This document shows positions 9,726-18,680 of a stretch of DNA of 41,192 nucleotides, piece by piece. The notes under the pieces are model-generated. The model saw only the letters and a list, made by a program, of their open reading frames with translations. It made no database searches and was not told where the DNA came from. The DNA comes from an uncultured Hyphomicrobium sp. (lineage in GTDB: Bacteria; Pseudomonadota; Alphaproteobacteria; Rhizobiales; Hyphomicrobiaceae), in contig CAZKZT010000002.1 of assembly GCA_964557265.1 (NCBI GenBank), positions 1 to 41,192 on the forward strand, written 5' to 3'. How positions within the stretch are numbered: position 1 is the first letter of the stretch; every line of letters begins with the position of its first letter. The position numbers were made by a program, and so were the translations under genes.

Positions 9726-10241
9726 ATGAGCAGCAGCAATCCTGTACTTGAACGTCTTGCTGGAAGGCCGGTGACGACCGGCGTCACGGACTACAAGATC
9801 GCCACCTCGATGTCTGGCCTCGAATTCATTCACGCGATGAAGAGCGGCAAGTTTCCGGCACCACCGATTTGCGATGCGCTCGACTTCATTCTCACCGAAG
9901 CCGAAGCGGGCCGCGTGGTGTTCGAGGGGCTTCCGTCCGACCGCTTCCGCAATCCACTCGGGACGATCCATGGTGGCTGGATGTCTACGCTGCTGGACTC
10001 CGCTCTGGGCTGCGCTGTCCACACGATGCTGAAAGCGGGGCAGGGCTACACGACCGTCGATCTCGCCGTGAGTTTCGTGCGCGCCGTCCACCAGAGCACC
10101 GGCAGAGTACGCTGCGAGGCGAAGGTGATCCACGCGGGCGGTCGCATCGCAACGGCTGAGGGACGCCTCGTCGATGCTGACGGCAAACTCTACGCGCACG
10201 GCACGACAACCTGTCTCGTAATGCAGATTCCGCCGGGCTGA
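9726..10241 (+). CDS. PaaI family hotdog-fold thioesterase
   Basis: NPLGTIHGGW..TLLDSALGCA, TTVDL.VSFVR, GKLYAHGTTTC. Confidence 0.92.
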   Translation: MSSSNPVLERLAGRPVTTGVTDYKIATSMSGLEFIHAMKSGKFPAPPICDALDFILTEAEAGRVVFEGLPSDRFRNPLGTIHGGWMSTLLDSALGCAVHTMLKAGQGYTTVDLAVSFVRAVHQSTGRVRCEAKVIHAGGRIATAEGRLVDADGKLYAHGTTTCLVMQIPPG

Positions 10242-10299
10242 CGCAAACCACCGGCGTATTTCAAATGCAGGCGCTTCTCTCTGCCGAAAAGGTGTGACC

Positions 10300-11538
10300 A
10301 TGCGCACGTCTCCTTCCGCCTCCACCTCTACTGCCCTCCCGCTGTGGCTGCTGATCCTCGTTGTCGGCACCATCGTCGGCGTCTCGATGGGGCGCGCCCA
10401 GTCGATGGGCCTCTATCTTCAGCCGGTCACGCAGGCGCTCAATGTCGGCCGCGAAGCGTTCGCGCTCTCGATTGCATTCACGCAGCTCCTGATGGGTATC
10501 GGCGCGCCATTTTCGGGCGCCCTCATCGACGCGTTCGGCGCCGGCCGCGTCATCGTCGCCTGCGTGCTGACGACCATCGCCGGGCTCTATTTCATGTATG
10601 CCGCGACCGGGCCGGTCGATCTGCTGATCGCCGGTATCCTGATGGGGATCGGTGTCAGCGGCACCGGTGTGACGTCGCTGGTCGGGACGGTCGGCCGGCT
10701 CGCGCCGCCGGAGAAGCGGCTCTCAGCCATCGCGTCGATGGGCATGGCGGCTGGTATCGGCAGTTTCGTCGCATTGCCGCTGATGCACTTCCTCATCGAG
10801 TACGTCGGCTGGCAGACGAGCCTGCTGTGGCTGATGGCGATCACTGCGCTGCTGATCCCGCTGGCTTGGCCGATTGGCGGCAAGCCGCAACTCGTGGATG
10901 GCCCCGCGCGCAGCCAGACGCTGCGTGAGGCGATCGCGGAGGCGGCGCGGCATCCGAGCTACTGGCTGCTGACGGCAGGCTTCTTCGTCTGCGGTTTCCA
11001 CGTCGCCTTCATCGTTGTGCACCTCCCCGCGTTCGCCGTAGATCAGGGGTTGCCATCGTGGGTCGGACCGTTCGCGCTGTCGGTCGTCGGCATCGCCAAC
11101 ATCATCGGCACCTATCTCGCCGGCCAGTCGGGTGGCTATATCGAGAAGCGCCGTCTGTTGAGCGTCATCTACTTCGCGCGTGCCGTCATCTTCGTCGGCT
11201 TCCTCGTGCTGCCGATGACGCCCGCGACGGTGATCGTGCTGTGCGGATTGCTCGGTATCTTCTGGCTATCCACCATTCCACCAACCAGCGGCCTCGTCGC
11301 GACGTTCTTCGGCACGCAATGGATGTCGATGCTGTTCGGTTTCGTCTTCCTCTCGCATCAGATCGGGTCGTTCCTCGGCGTCTGGCTTGCCGGCCGTCTC
11401 TACGACATCACCAAGTCCTACGACGCGATGTGGTGGATCTCGATTGCACTCGGCGTGATCTCGGCGCTCATCAACTGGCCGATCAAGGAACGCCCGGTCG
11501 CGCGTATCGCGGCGGCAACTGCACCCGCGAAGGCTTGA
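10300..11538 (+). CDS. MFS transporter
   Basis: About 12 hydrophobic segments; GALIDAFGAGRV motif A; FFVCGFHV and SHQIGSFLG family motifs. Confidence 0.92.
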   Translation: MRTSPSASTSTALPLWLLILVVGTIVGVSMGRAQSMGLYLQPVTQALNVGREAFALSIAFTQLLMGIGAPFSGALIDAFGAGRVIVACVLTTIAGLYFMYAATGPVDLLIAGILMGIGVSGTGVTSLVGTVGRLAPPEKRLSAIASMGMAAGIGSFVALPLMHFLIEYVGWQTSLLWLMAITALLIPLAWPIGGKPQLVDGPARSQTLREAIAEAARHPSYWLLTAGFFVCGFHVAFIVVHLPAFAVDQGLPSWVGPFALSVVGIANIIGTYLAGQSGGYIEKRRLLSVIYFARAVIFVGFLVLPMTPATVIVLCGLLGIFWLSTIPPTSGLVATFFGTQWMSMLFGFVFLSHQIGSFLGVWLAGRLYDITKSYDAMWWISIALGVISALINWPIKERPVARIAAATAPAKA

Positions 11539-11551
11539 GGTCCATATCATC

Positions 11552-12937
11552 ATGACGGCGAACGAGATCGGACCGGTGCCACGTGTGGCGCCGGCGCCCA
11601 ACCTCCTGCTCGCAGGACCCATCCTGCCGACGCTTCTGCGGCTCGCGCTGCCGACTACGATCGCCATGGTCGCGACAGCGCTCGTCGCCATCGCCGAGAC
11701 CGCCTATGTCGGTCTTCTCGGAGCATTGCCGCTCGCGGGCCTCGCGCTCGTGTTCCCCATGGTCATGCTTCAGCAGACGATGTCGGCGGGCGCGATGGGC
11801 GGCGGCATTTCCTCGGCCATCAGTCGCGCGCTGGGCGCGGGCGAAGTGGAACGCGCCGCCAGGCTGGCGCAGCACGCGTTCTTGATCGGCGCGGCGGCGG
11901 GGCTCTCGTTCTTCGCGATCTTCCAGCTCGCCGGACCCGCGATCTACAGTCTGCTCGGGGGGCGCGGCGGCGTGCTCGCGGAGGCACTCGCTTATTCCAA
12001 CGTCGTGTTCTATGGCGCGCCGAGCATCTGGCTCACGAATACGTTCGCCTCGGTCATTCGCGGCACCGGCAATATGACCGTGCCGTCGAAGGTTCTCTTG
12101 ATGGTGGCGGGCGCCCAGATCGTGCTCGGCGGCGCCTTCGGTCTCGGGATCGGACCGATCCCGCGCTTCGGCATGGCGGGCGTCGCACTTGGTCAGGTCA
12201 TCGCGTTCACCGCTGGCGCCATCTATTTCTACTGGCATCTCGCCTCCGGGCGCGCGCGGGTCACGCTTTCGCTCTCGACGATTTCGCCGTCATGGGAGGT
12301 GCTCCGCGATATTCTGAAGGTCGGCGCTATCGCCTGCATCTCGCCTGTTCAGACGATCCTCTCGGTGTTGATCGTGACGCGTCTGGTCAGCGAGTTCGGC
12401 AACGACGCGCTCGCCGGTTACGGCATCGGCGCCCGCCTCGAGTTCCTGCTGATACCAATGACGTTCGCCCTCGGCGTCGCGAGCGTGCCGATGGTCGGGA
12501 TGGCGATCGGTGCGGGCGATGTGGCGCGCGCGCGCCGCGTCGCCTGGACGGTGGGGCTGCTTGCGTTCATCGGCCTGACGGTTATCGGCGTGGTGGTCGC
12601 GATGTTTCCGGCGGCGTGGGCAGCGCTGTTCACGCGCGACGCGGGCATTCTTGCATCTGCGAGCACATATCTGCGCTGGGCGGGCCCATTCTACGGGCTC
12701 TTCGGTCTCGGCCTGTGCCTCTATTTCGCGTCGCAGGGCTCGGGAAAGATTCTTGGCCCCGTGCTCGCGGGCACGCTGCGCCTTCTCGTCATCGTTGTCG
12801 GCGGGCTCTGGGTGGTCAGCGTGGACGCGCAGCCATGGATGCTGTTCGCGCTCGTGGGCATTGCCATGGCGGTGTTTGGTGTTGCGTCGGTGTTCTCGCT
12901 ATGGATTGCCGACTGGGGGCCGCAAAAGCGCGCGTGA
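11552..12937 (+). CDS. MATE family efflux transporter
   Basis: GPILPTLLRLALP, ISRALGAG, RGTGNM..P, ALAGYGIGARLE, VGMAIGAGD..RARR. Confidence 0.93.
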   Translation: MTANEIGPVPRVAPAPNLLLAGPILPTLLRLALPTTIAMVATALVAIAETAYVGLLGALPLAGLALVFPMVMLQQTMSAGAMGGGISSAISRALGAGEVERAARLAQHAFLIGAAAGLSFFAIFQLAGPAIYSLLGGRGGVLAEALAYSNVVFYGAPSIWLTNTFASVIRGTGNMTVPSKVLLMVAGAQIVLGGAFGLGIGPIPRFGMAGVALGQVIAFTAGAIYFYWHLASGRARVTLSLSTISPSWEVLRDILKVGAIACISPVQTILSVLIVTRLVSEFGNDALAGYGIGARLEFLLIPMTFALGVASVPMVGMAIGAGDVARARRVAWTVGLLAFIGLTVIGVVVAMFPAAWAALFTRDAGILASASTYLRWAGPFYGLFGLGLCLYFASQGSGKILGPVLAGTLRLLVIVVGGLWVVSVDAQPWMLFALVGIAMAVFGVASVFSLWIADWGPQKRA

Positions 12938-12951
12938 AGATGGCCCAAAAA

Positions 12952-12979
12952 ATGGCCGGCACCGCGAGGTGCCGGCCAT
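12952..12979. terminator. Hairpin terminator between convergent MATE and DUF992-like genes
   Basis: ATGGCCGGCACC-GCGA-GGTGCCGGCCAT (12-bp stem, GNRA loop). The A-run on the left gives a U-tract on the minus strand. Confidence 0.75.
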
Positions 12980-13002
12980 GTCGTTTCAGCGACCGCGATC
13001 GA

Positions 13003-13497
13003 TCAGCGGCGCAGCGTCAGCCCGGTGACGCCGACGGCGATGTTGAGGCCGGTCTGTCCCTGGACGCTCAGCGGCTGGAGCACGACGGACTTGTTGCTGC
13101 CGCCGAGGAGCGCGTTGGCGCCCACGCCGAGCGCGACCGAGGCTTCCGCCGAGACACCGCCGTAGTCGCCGACCAGCAGCGCGCCTCTGGCGACGTCGGT
13201 CGAGCCGAGCACCGCCCATACGATCGTCGTCTCGTTCTTGAAGCCGACGTCGAGGCCGACCTTGGTCATCGTGCCCTGATAGGTGCGGCCACGGCTCGCG
13301 CCTTCAGGCAGGAAGGAACACGACAGGCGCTGCGTCGAGCCGACGATGAGGCCGACGCTCGGTCCGCCCTTGCAGGTCAGCGTGCCGACCAGGGCCTTCG
13401 AGGCCTGGGCGCCGGCCGGGGTCGGCGCGGCAGCGATGCCGAGCATCGTGGCAAGGCCGAGTGCGCCAGCCGCGAAACCCAGAGTGATCTTGTTCAT
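13003..13497 (-). CDS. Exported DUF992-like protein, copy 1
   Basis: SD AGGAG; MNKITLG signal peptide; GTLTCKGGPSVGLIVGS..LSC.F, GANALLGGS, LQPLSVQGQTGLNIAVGV. The ORF track start (14097) is over-extended. Confidence 0.85.
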   Translation of the reverse strand: MNKITLGFAAGALGLATMLGIAAAPTPAGAQASKALVGTLTCKGGPSVGLIVGSTQRLSCSFLPEGASRGRTYQGTMTKVGLDVGFKNETTIVWAVLGSTDVARGALLVGDYGGVSAEASVALGVGANALLGGSNKSVVLQPLSVQGQTGLNIAVGVTGLTLRR

Positions 13498-13724
13498 AGT
13501 GCGCTCCTGGATGCTTGGGGTTTGCGTTCTGCTCGCGATGAGCCTCGCCCCCGAATCAACGGCGTAGCGTATCGGTAAAGTCCGGTGCCGATTGCGGCGG
13601 AAACTGGCAGGTGAGAGCACTGCGCAGTGCAAATGCGCTGATTGTTCGCCATAAGATGCGGGCGCGCCACAGGTTGAATGCAGCGCGCCCGCGTTCGCAG
13701 AAGTGGCCTCGAGTGTCTTTTGTC

Positions 13725-14222
13725 TCAGCGGCTGATCGTCAGGCCGGTCACGCCAACCGCCAGATTGAGTCCGGTCTGCCCCTGCACGCTGAGTGGCTGC
13801 AGGATGACGGATTTGTCGCTGCCACCGATCAGCGCATTGGCGCCGGCGCCAACCGCGACCGAGGCCTCGGCGGAGACGCCGCCATAGCTGCCGATCAGAA
13901 CCTTCGACGGCACTTTGTCGCTGCTGCCCAGCACCGTCCAGATGATGACGCTTTCCGACTTGAAGCCGATGTCGAGGCCGACCTTGGTGATGGTGGCCTT
14001 GAACTCGCGCTCGCGACCCTTGCCGGCCGGATTGAACTTGCAGGCGAGGTTCTGCTGCGATCCGACGACGAGGCCGACGCTGGCGCCGCCCTTGCACGTC
14101 AGCGTGCCGGCAACGACCTTCGCGGCTTGGGCAACGGCGCTCGGCGTTGGCGCATTCGCGAGACTGAGCGCGATGCCGACGCTGAGGAATCCTGCCGAGA
14201 GGCCTGACGTCATCTTGAACAT
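13725..14222 (-). CDS. Exported DUF992-like protein, copy 2
   Basis: SD GGAG; MFKMTSG signal peptide; same motifs as copy 1. Confidence 0.85.
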   Translation of the reverse strand: MFKMTSGLSAGFLSVGIALSLANAPTPSAVAQAAKVVAGTLTCKGGASVGLVVGSQQNLACKFNPAGKGREREFKATITKVGLDIGFKSESVIIWTVLGSSDKVPSKVLIGSYGGVSAEASVAVGAGANALIGGSDKSVILQPLSVQGQTGLNLAVGVTGLTISR

Positions 14223-14437
14223 GTGACTCTGCTCCGTGCGCGTGAACGAGTGAAGCACCACTCTTACGATCCAGGCCGTATCGACCCCGAGATCGCGCAA
14301 AGTATAATCAACTCGTCCTCGCCGCGTATGACGCCGCGCGGAGTTTCCCACGTAACTCTTCGTTCGAATGGAACCTGTTAGGCTGCTTTGCTGTCGGCTG
14401 ATGCCGCCGCGCCACACACAGAAAACCGGCCGCCGGC

Positions 14438-15220
14438 TTACGTCTCGAAGATGGCCACGACGCGGGTGAACCCCGCGGAGGCGCGTTTGATCTTGAAGGG
14501 GAAGCAGCACACCGTGTAGCCGGTCGCCGGCAGGCTTTCGAGATTGGCAAGTTTCTCGATGTGACAGTAGGCGCGCTCGATCCCGGCGCGGTGGCCCTCC
14601 CAGATCAGCGAGGCATCGCGCGTCGCTGCATACTTCTTCGCGGTGTGGACGAATGGTGCGTCCCAGCTCCAGGCATCGGTGCCGCAGATTTTCACGCCGC
14701 GTTCGGTCAGCCAAAGCGTTGCGGCGCGCCCGACACCACAGCCACGCGAGACATAGTCGGGTTCGCCGTAGCGTGCGCCGGCTGATGTATTGACCAGCAC
14801 GATGTCGAACGGCTGGAGCGTGACGCCTGAGCGCGCGAGCTCGGCTTCGACATCGTCCGGTGTCGCGACGTAGCCGTCCGCGAAGTGACGGAAGTCGAGT
14901 TTAACACCGCGGCCCATGCACCACTCGAGCGGCACCTCGTCGATGGTCCAGGCACGTTTGCCTCCGTCCATCGTCGAGTGGAAGTGATAAGGCGCGTCGA
15001 GATGCGTGCCGTTGTGGGTCGAGACGGCGAGCTGCTCGACGGCCCACGCCTCGCCGCCCGGCAACTCGTCCTGCGTCAAACCCGGAAAATGCGGGAGCAT
15101 CCGCGACAGTGCCGCGTCGTCGGTGTGGGCGATGTAGGTGATCTTCGGCTCGTTGCCCGGCGGATCGGAGGCGATTCCGGATTCGAGTGCAACGGACAGG
15201 TCGACGATGCGGCGCGCCAT
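14438..15220 (-). CDS. Cyclase family (kynurenine formamidase-like) metallohydrolase
   Basis: IVDLS, HNGTHLDAPYH (HxGTHxDxPxH), GTDAWSWD, HIEKLANL. Confidence 0.92.
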   Translation of the reverse strand: MARRIVDLSVALESGIASDPPGNEPKITYIAHTDDAALSRMLPHFPGLTQDELPGGEAWAVEQLAVSTHNGTHLDAPYHFHSTMDGGKRAWTIDEVPLEWCMGRGVKLDFRHFADGYVATPDDVEAELARSGVTLQPFDIVLVNTSAGARYGEPDYVSRGCGVGRAATLWLTERGVKICGTDAWSWDAPFVHTAKKYAATRDASLIWEGHRAGIERAYCHIEKLANLESLPATGYTVCCFPFKIKRASAGFTRVVAIFET

Positions 15221-15269
15221 GTGATCTCCACGGGCTCGAGTGGCAACGCATTGCGGTCGGCCGGTTCGC

Positions 15270-15899
15270 TCAGCCGCCGATCAATCCGCCCGCAAGCAGG
15301 ACAACGCCGAGCGAGGCGAGCACGGCACCGGCGGCACGCAGGGGCATCGCGCGCTCGCCGATCGTTCCGAACAGGCGGCGTGTCAGCCACATGGCGCCCC
15401 CTGCGATCGCGGTCTGGATCAGTGCAAGGCCGAGGAGGTATGCGCCGATGACATTGCGCTCGGCGCCGACGGCGGCTTCGCCGAAGGCGTAGCCATGCAG
15501 CAGGCCCGCCATTGCCGCGAGAACCAGCCATGGGCCGCGTGCCCCCGCCTTGCCGGCGGCAATCACAGCGCCAGCGACGATCACGCTCGTTGCAACGAGA
15601 GGTTCGACGAGCGGGACGCCGAGTTCGGCGACATGCGTAAGCACACCGACGCTCGATGCGGCGATGAAGGCCACGATGATGCCGAAGCCGCCGCTGGTGA
15701 AGGCGGCTGCGATGCCGATCGCGATGATGAAGGCGAGATGATCGAGGCCGATGACCGGATGGCCGATGCCCGAAAGCAGGCCTTCCATGAACGTCGTCGG
15801 CGTTGTGCCGCCCATCGGGTGGTGAGCCGCAGCCGAGGTGATGCTGGCCAGCAGCACCATGGCTGCCAGACTGAACCGTGCACGTGTGATTGGCTTCAT
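15270..15899 (-). CDS. HupE/UreJ family Ni/Co permease
   Basis: Signal peptide then AHH; GHPVIGLDHL (HPxxGxDH), LHGYAFGE; about 6 TM. Confidence 0.88.
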   Translation of the reverse strand: MKPITRARFSLAAMVLLASITSAAAHHPMGGTTPTTFMEGLLSGIGHPVIGLDHLAFIIAIGIAAAFTSGGFGIIVAFIAASSVGVLTHVAELGVPLVEPLVATSVIVAGAVIAAGKAGARGPWLVLAAMAGLLHGYAFGEAAVGAERNVIGAYLLGLALIQTAIAGGAMWLTRRLFGTIGERAMPLRAAGAVLASLGVVLLAGGLIGG

Positions 15900-15984
15900 G
15901 TGTTTCCCCCGGAGTGTGATGGCTCACGCGTCGTTGAACGCATCATGCCCGCGCCGGCAGGTGCCAATCAAGCTTGCTTTTCTC

Positions 15985-16129
15985 TTCCGAGGACGCTGCC
16001 TCGGCGGCGCGTTCACACGTTGCGGCCTTCGGCTGCTACAATCGACGAGCCATCGAGCGGCGCAGTTCGTTTGGTGGCGCTCGAAGAGCACGCGGTGGCA
16101 CCGCAGCCGGCGAGGCAGCGGTCGCGGAA
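15985..16129. repeat. Copy 2 (inverted on +) of the REP/REPIN-like element
   Basis: CGCTGCCTCG (15994-16003) / CGAGGCAGCG (16111-16120); TTCCG/CGGAA ends. Two 45-nt units match copy 1 without gaps at 34/45 and 33/45. Confidence 0.75.
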
Positions 16130-16160
16130 AGTAAAAGATTCTGATCGCGCTTGCGCGCAA

Positions 16161-17264
16161 TCAAAGCAAGCCCACCACCTGATCTCCGATCGCCATCGAT
16201 GACGTGAGGCCGGGGCTTTCGATGCCGAACAGCATCACGAGGCCGTCGACGCCGTGGTCCTTGGGGCCATGGAACAGGAAATCCGGCACCGGCTCGCCCT
16301 CGCGGTAGAGTTTCGGACGGATGCCGGTGTAATCGGGATGCAGGCGTGAGGGATCGAGGCCCGGATAGTAGGTGCGGATGAAGCCGAGGAACTTCTCGAG
16401 CTTCTCGGGCTTGAAAGTGTAGTCGATCTCCGGGATCCACTCGATGTCGGGGCCGAACTTGCATTTTCCTCCAAGATCGACCGTGACGTGCAGGCCCAGC
16501 CAGGCGCCATCCGGCATCGGGTAGATGTGACGGCCGAACGGCGACTTGCCGCTGTAGGCGTAGTATTGCCCGACGGCGTAGTAGGTCTCCGGTGGCGTAT
16601 AGCCCGCGGGGAAATTCATCGTGCGCGCGAGCTTGGTCGCGTGCAGGCCCGCTGACAGGATGAGCTGCTTCGCCGTGATGGTCGCTGGTGCATCCCCCGC
16701 CGTCTCCACCTCGAACAGGCCGTCGGCGCGGCGGCCGACGCGCACGACCGGCGTGTTCAGGACGACGTTGCCGCCGTTGGCCTCGATGTGCCCTTCGAGA
16801 GCCAGCATGTAGGCGTGCGTGTCGATCGTGCCCGTCGAGGGCGACAGCATCGCTGCGACGCACGATACTTCAGGTTCGATCTTGCGCGCTTCTTCGCCCG
16901 TCAGTGGCTGGAGATCGGTGACGCCGTTGCGCACCGCGATTTCCTGGATCGCCTTCAACTTCGGCAGCTGAGCGTCGCTCGTCGCGACCAGCAGTTTGGT
17001 GATCGGCTGATGCGCGACGCCATTCTCGTTGCAGAAGCGGTAGAGCTGCGCCTTGCCTTCGACGCACAGTTTCGCGCGCAGTGATCCGGGCGGATAGTAG
17101 ATGCCCGCGTGGATTACCTCGCTGTTGCGCGAACTCGTCTCGGAGCCGATGATGTCATGCTGCTCGAGCACCATGACCTCACGTCCGGCGAGTGCGAGAG
17201 CGCGAGCAATGGCGAGGCCGACGGCGCCTGCGCCGACAACGATCGTTTCAACATCAGCGGTCAT
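16161..17264 (-). CDS. FAD-dependent oxidoreductase, L-2-hydroxyglutarate oxidase (LhgO)-like
   Basis: VVGAGAVGLA, ETSSRNSEVIHAGIYY, LGLHVTVDL, FGPD, GIRPKL, GIESPGLTSS. Confidence 0.88.
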   Translation of the reverse strand: MTADVETIVVGAGAVGLAIARALALAGREVMVLEQHDIIGSETSSRNSEVIHAGIYYPPGSLRAKLCVEGKAQLYRFCNENGVAHQPITKLLVATSDAQLPKLKAIQEIAVRNGVTDLQPLTGEEARKIEPEVSCVAAMLSPSTGTIDTHAYMLALEGHIEANGGNVVLNTPVVRVGRRADGLFEVETAGDAPATITAKQLILSAGLHATKLARTMNFPAGYTPPETYYAVGQYYAYSGKSPFGRHIYPMPDGAWLGLHVTVDLGGKCKFGPDIEWIPEIDYTFKPEKLEKFLGFIRTYYPGLDPSRLHPDYTGIRPKLYREGEPVPDFLFHGPKDHGVDGLVMLFGIESPGLTSSMAIGDQVVGLL

Positions 17265-17305
17265 GAAGTCGGTTGTTCCCTGGTGTTGCGGGCTTCGGGC
17301 AACAA

Positions 17306-18463
17306 TCAGCCCTGGCGCGCCTTGTACTTGTCGATTTCCGCCTGGACGGCGGCTTGGTTTTCAATGCCGGCGCCCGCCCGCTTGGTTGCGGCGTCGTCGT
17401 AGCTCCATTGGCGCAGGCCGTTCGCGTTGCGCTGGAAATGCGGGTGCACGTAGCGGGCCATCAACTCGTAGCTGCGCTTGGTCGCTTCCCAGTCGGCCCA
17501 GTTATGGGCGAGCAGCAGGATCGCGCCCATGCCACCGTTCGAGCCCTTCCACAGCCGCTCGAAGTGGCGAATGCAATCGTCTGGCGTGCCGATGCAGGCG
17601 AGGCCGGTGTCGGTCAGATAATCGATCGGATTCTCTATGCCGGGCGGGATGATCGGGAACGTGGCGACGTCGGTGAAGTATTTGCAGTAATCGGCAAGCC
17701 CATAGGCCATGTCGGCGCGCGCTTTCTCGCGCGTCTCGGCGATGTGGGCAAACGTCACGATGCGCCAGCGCGACCGGTCGGCGGTCTTGCCGGCTTCGCT
17801 GGCGGCCTTCTCGTGGACGGCCCAGTTGGCCGCGTGCGCGGCGAGCGCTTCGTCGGAGGTGCCGCCGATCGACAGCATGCCGATGCCGTGCTTGCCCGAT
17901 GCCACCGCGCCGACCGGGGAGCGCGACGAGGCGACAGCCATTTCCATGTGCGGCAGCGAGTACGGCTTGATCTGGAGCTTCGCCTCGTTGAGCGTGAACC
18001 AGTCCGTCTTGCGCGTGACCATCTCGCCGCGCATCAGCTGCATGATACAGTCGAGCGCCTCGTCCATGCGGCGGCGCTGGTCGGCGGCCTTGAGGCCGAT
18101 CTTGTCGGCATCATAGATCAGCGATCCGGGGCCGACTCCGAACATCGCGCGCCCGCGCGTCATGTGATCGAGCTGCGTCATCCGGCTCGCGAGCGTGAAA
18201 GGATGGTGATAGGGCAGAGAGACGACGCCGGTACCGAGCCGGATGTGCCGCGTCTCACGCGCCGCCGCAGCAATGAACATCTCGGGGCAGGCAATGATCT
18301 CGAACCCGCCCGAGTGGTGCTCGCCGACCCAGGCCTCATGATAGTTCAGGCGGTCGAGGTGAACCAGCAGCTCCATGTCGCGATCGAGGGCGAGCGTGGG
18401 ATTCTCGCCGAGCGCGTGGAACGGAGCCAGAAAGACGCCGGTTCGGAGATAGCGGTCGTTCAT
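17306..18463 (-). CDS. LLM (luciferase-like) flavin-dependent monooxygenase
   Basis: GVFLAPFH, EAWVGEHHSGG, IRLGTGVVSLPYHHP, LDHMTRGR..FGVGPG. Confidence 0.92.
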   Translation of the reverse strand: MNDRYLRTGVFLAPFHALGENPTLALDRDMELLVHLDRLNYHEAWVGEHHSGGFEIIACPEMFIAAAARETRHIRLGTGVVSLPYHHPFTLASRMTQLDHMTRGRAMFGVGPGSLIYDADKIGLKAADQRRRMDEALDCIMQLMRGEMVTRKTDWFTLNEAKLQIKPYSLPHMEMAVASSRSPVGAVASGKHGIGMLSIGGTSDEALAAHAANWAVHEKAASEAGKTADRSRWRIVTFAHIAETREKARADMAYGLADYCKYFTDVATFPIIPPGIENPIDYLTDTGLACIGTPDDCIRHFERLWKGSNGGMGAILLLAHNWADWEATKRSYELMARYVHPHFQRNANGLRQWSYDDAATKRAGAGIENQAAVQAEIDKYKARQG

Positions 18464-18680
18464 TGGTGTGACCTTGTCCCATTGGTAAACATCCCGCCTC
18501 CCAGCGAGCCTGGGCCTTATCGCTCTTCGTGCCTGTCGTGCCGTCCTTCGTCAAGGCGCGACAATCGGGCCATTGGCGGGGGCGGCGGTCCGTGATTAAC
18601 CGGACGATGCGGCTTGACCGGACGATCCGATGTTCGGACTATGGCAGCCGACTCGGACAGGCTGAGCGAGGAATTTGACA

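Noticed and set aside
13617..13631. NtrC binding site
   Set aside because: The TGCAC/GTGC half-sites are separated by 6 nt rather than 7, and no sigma54 promoter is seen.
13003..14714. Long 364-aa and 329-aa versions of the DUF992-like ORFs
   Set aside because: The extensions are off-frame read-through of neighbouring genes. SD plus signal peptide place the starts at 13497 and 14222.
15900..16160. Cobalamin riboswitch upstream of HupE/UreJ
   Set aside because: Only ACCTGCC matches the B12 box; the GGGAA and GCCACTG core motifs were not found.
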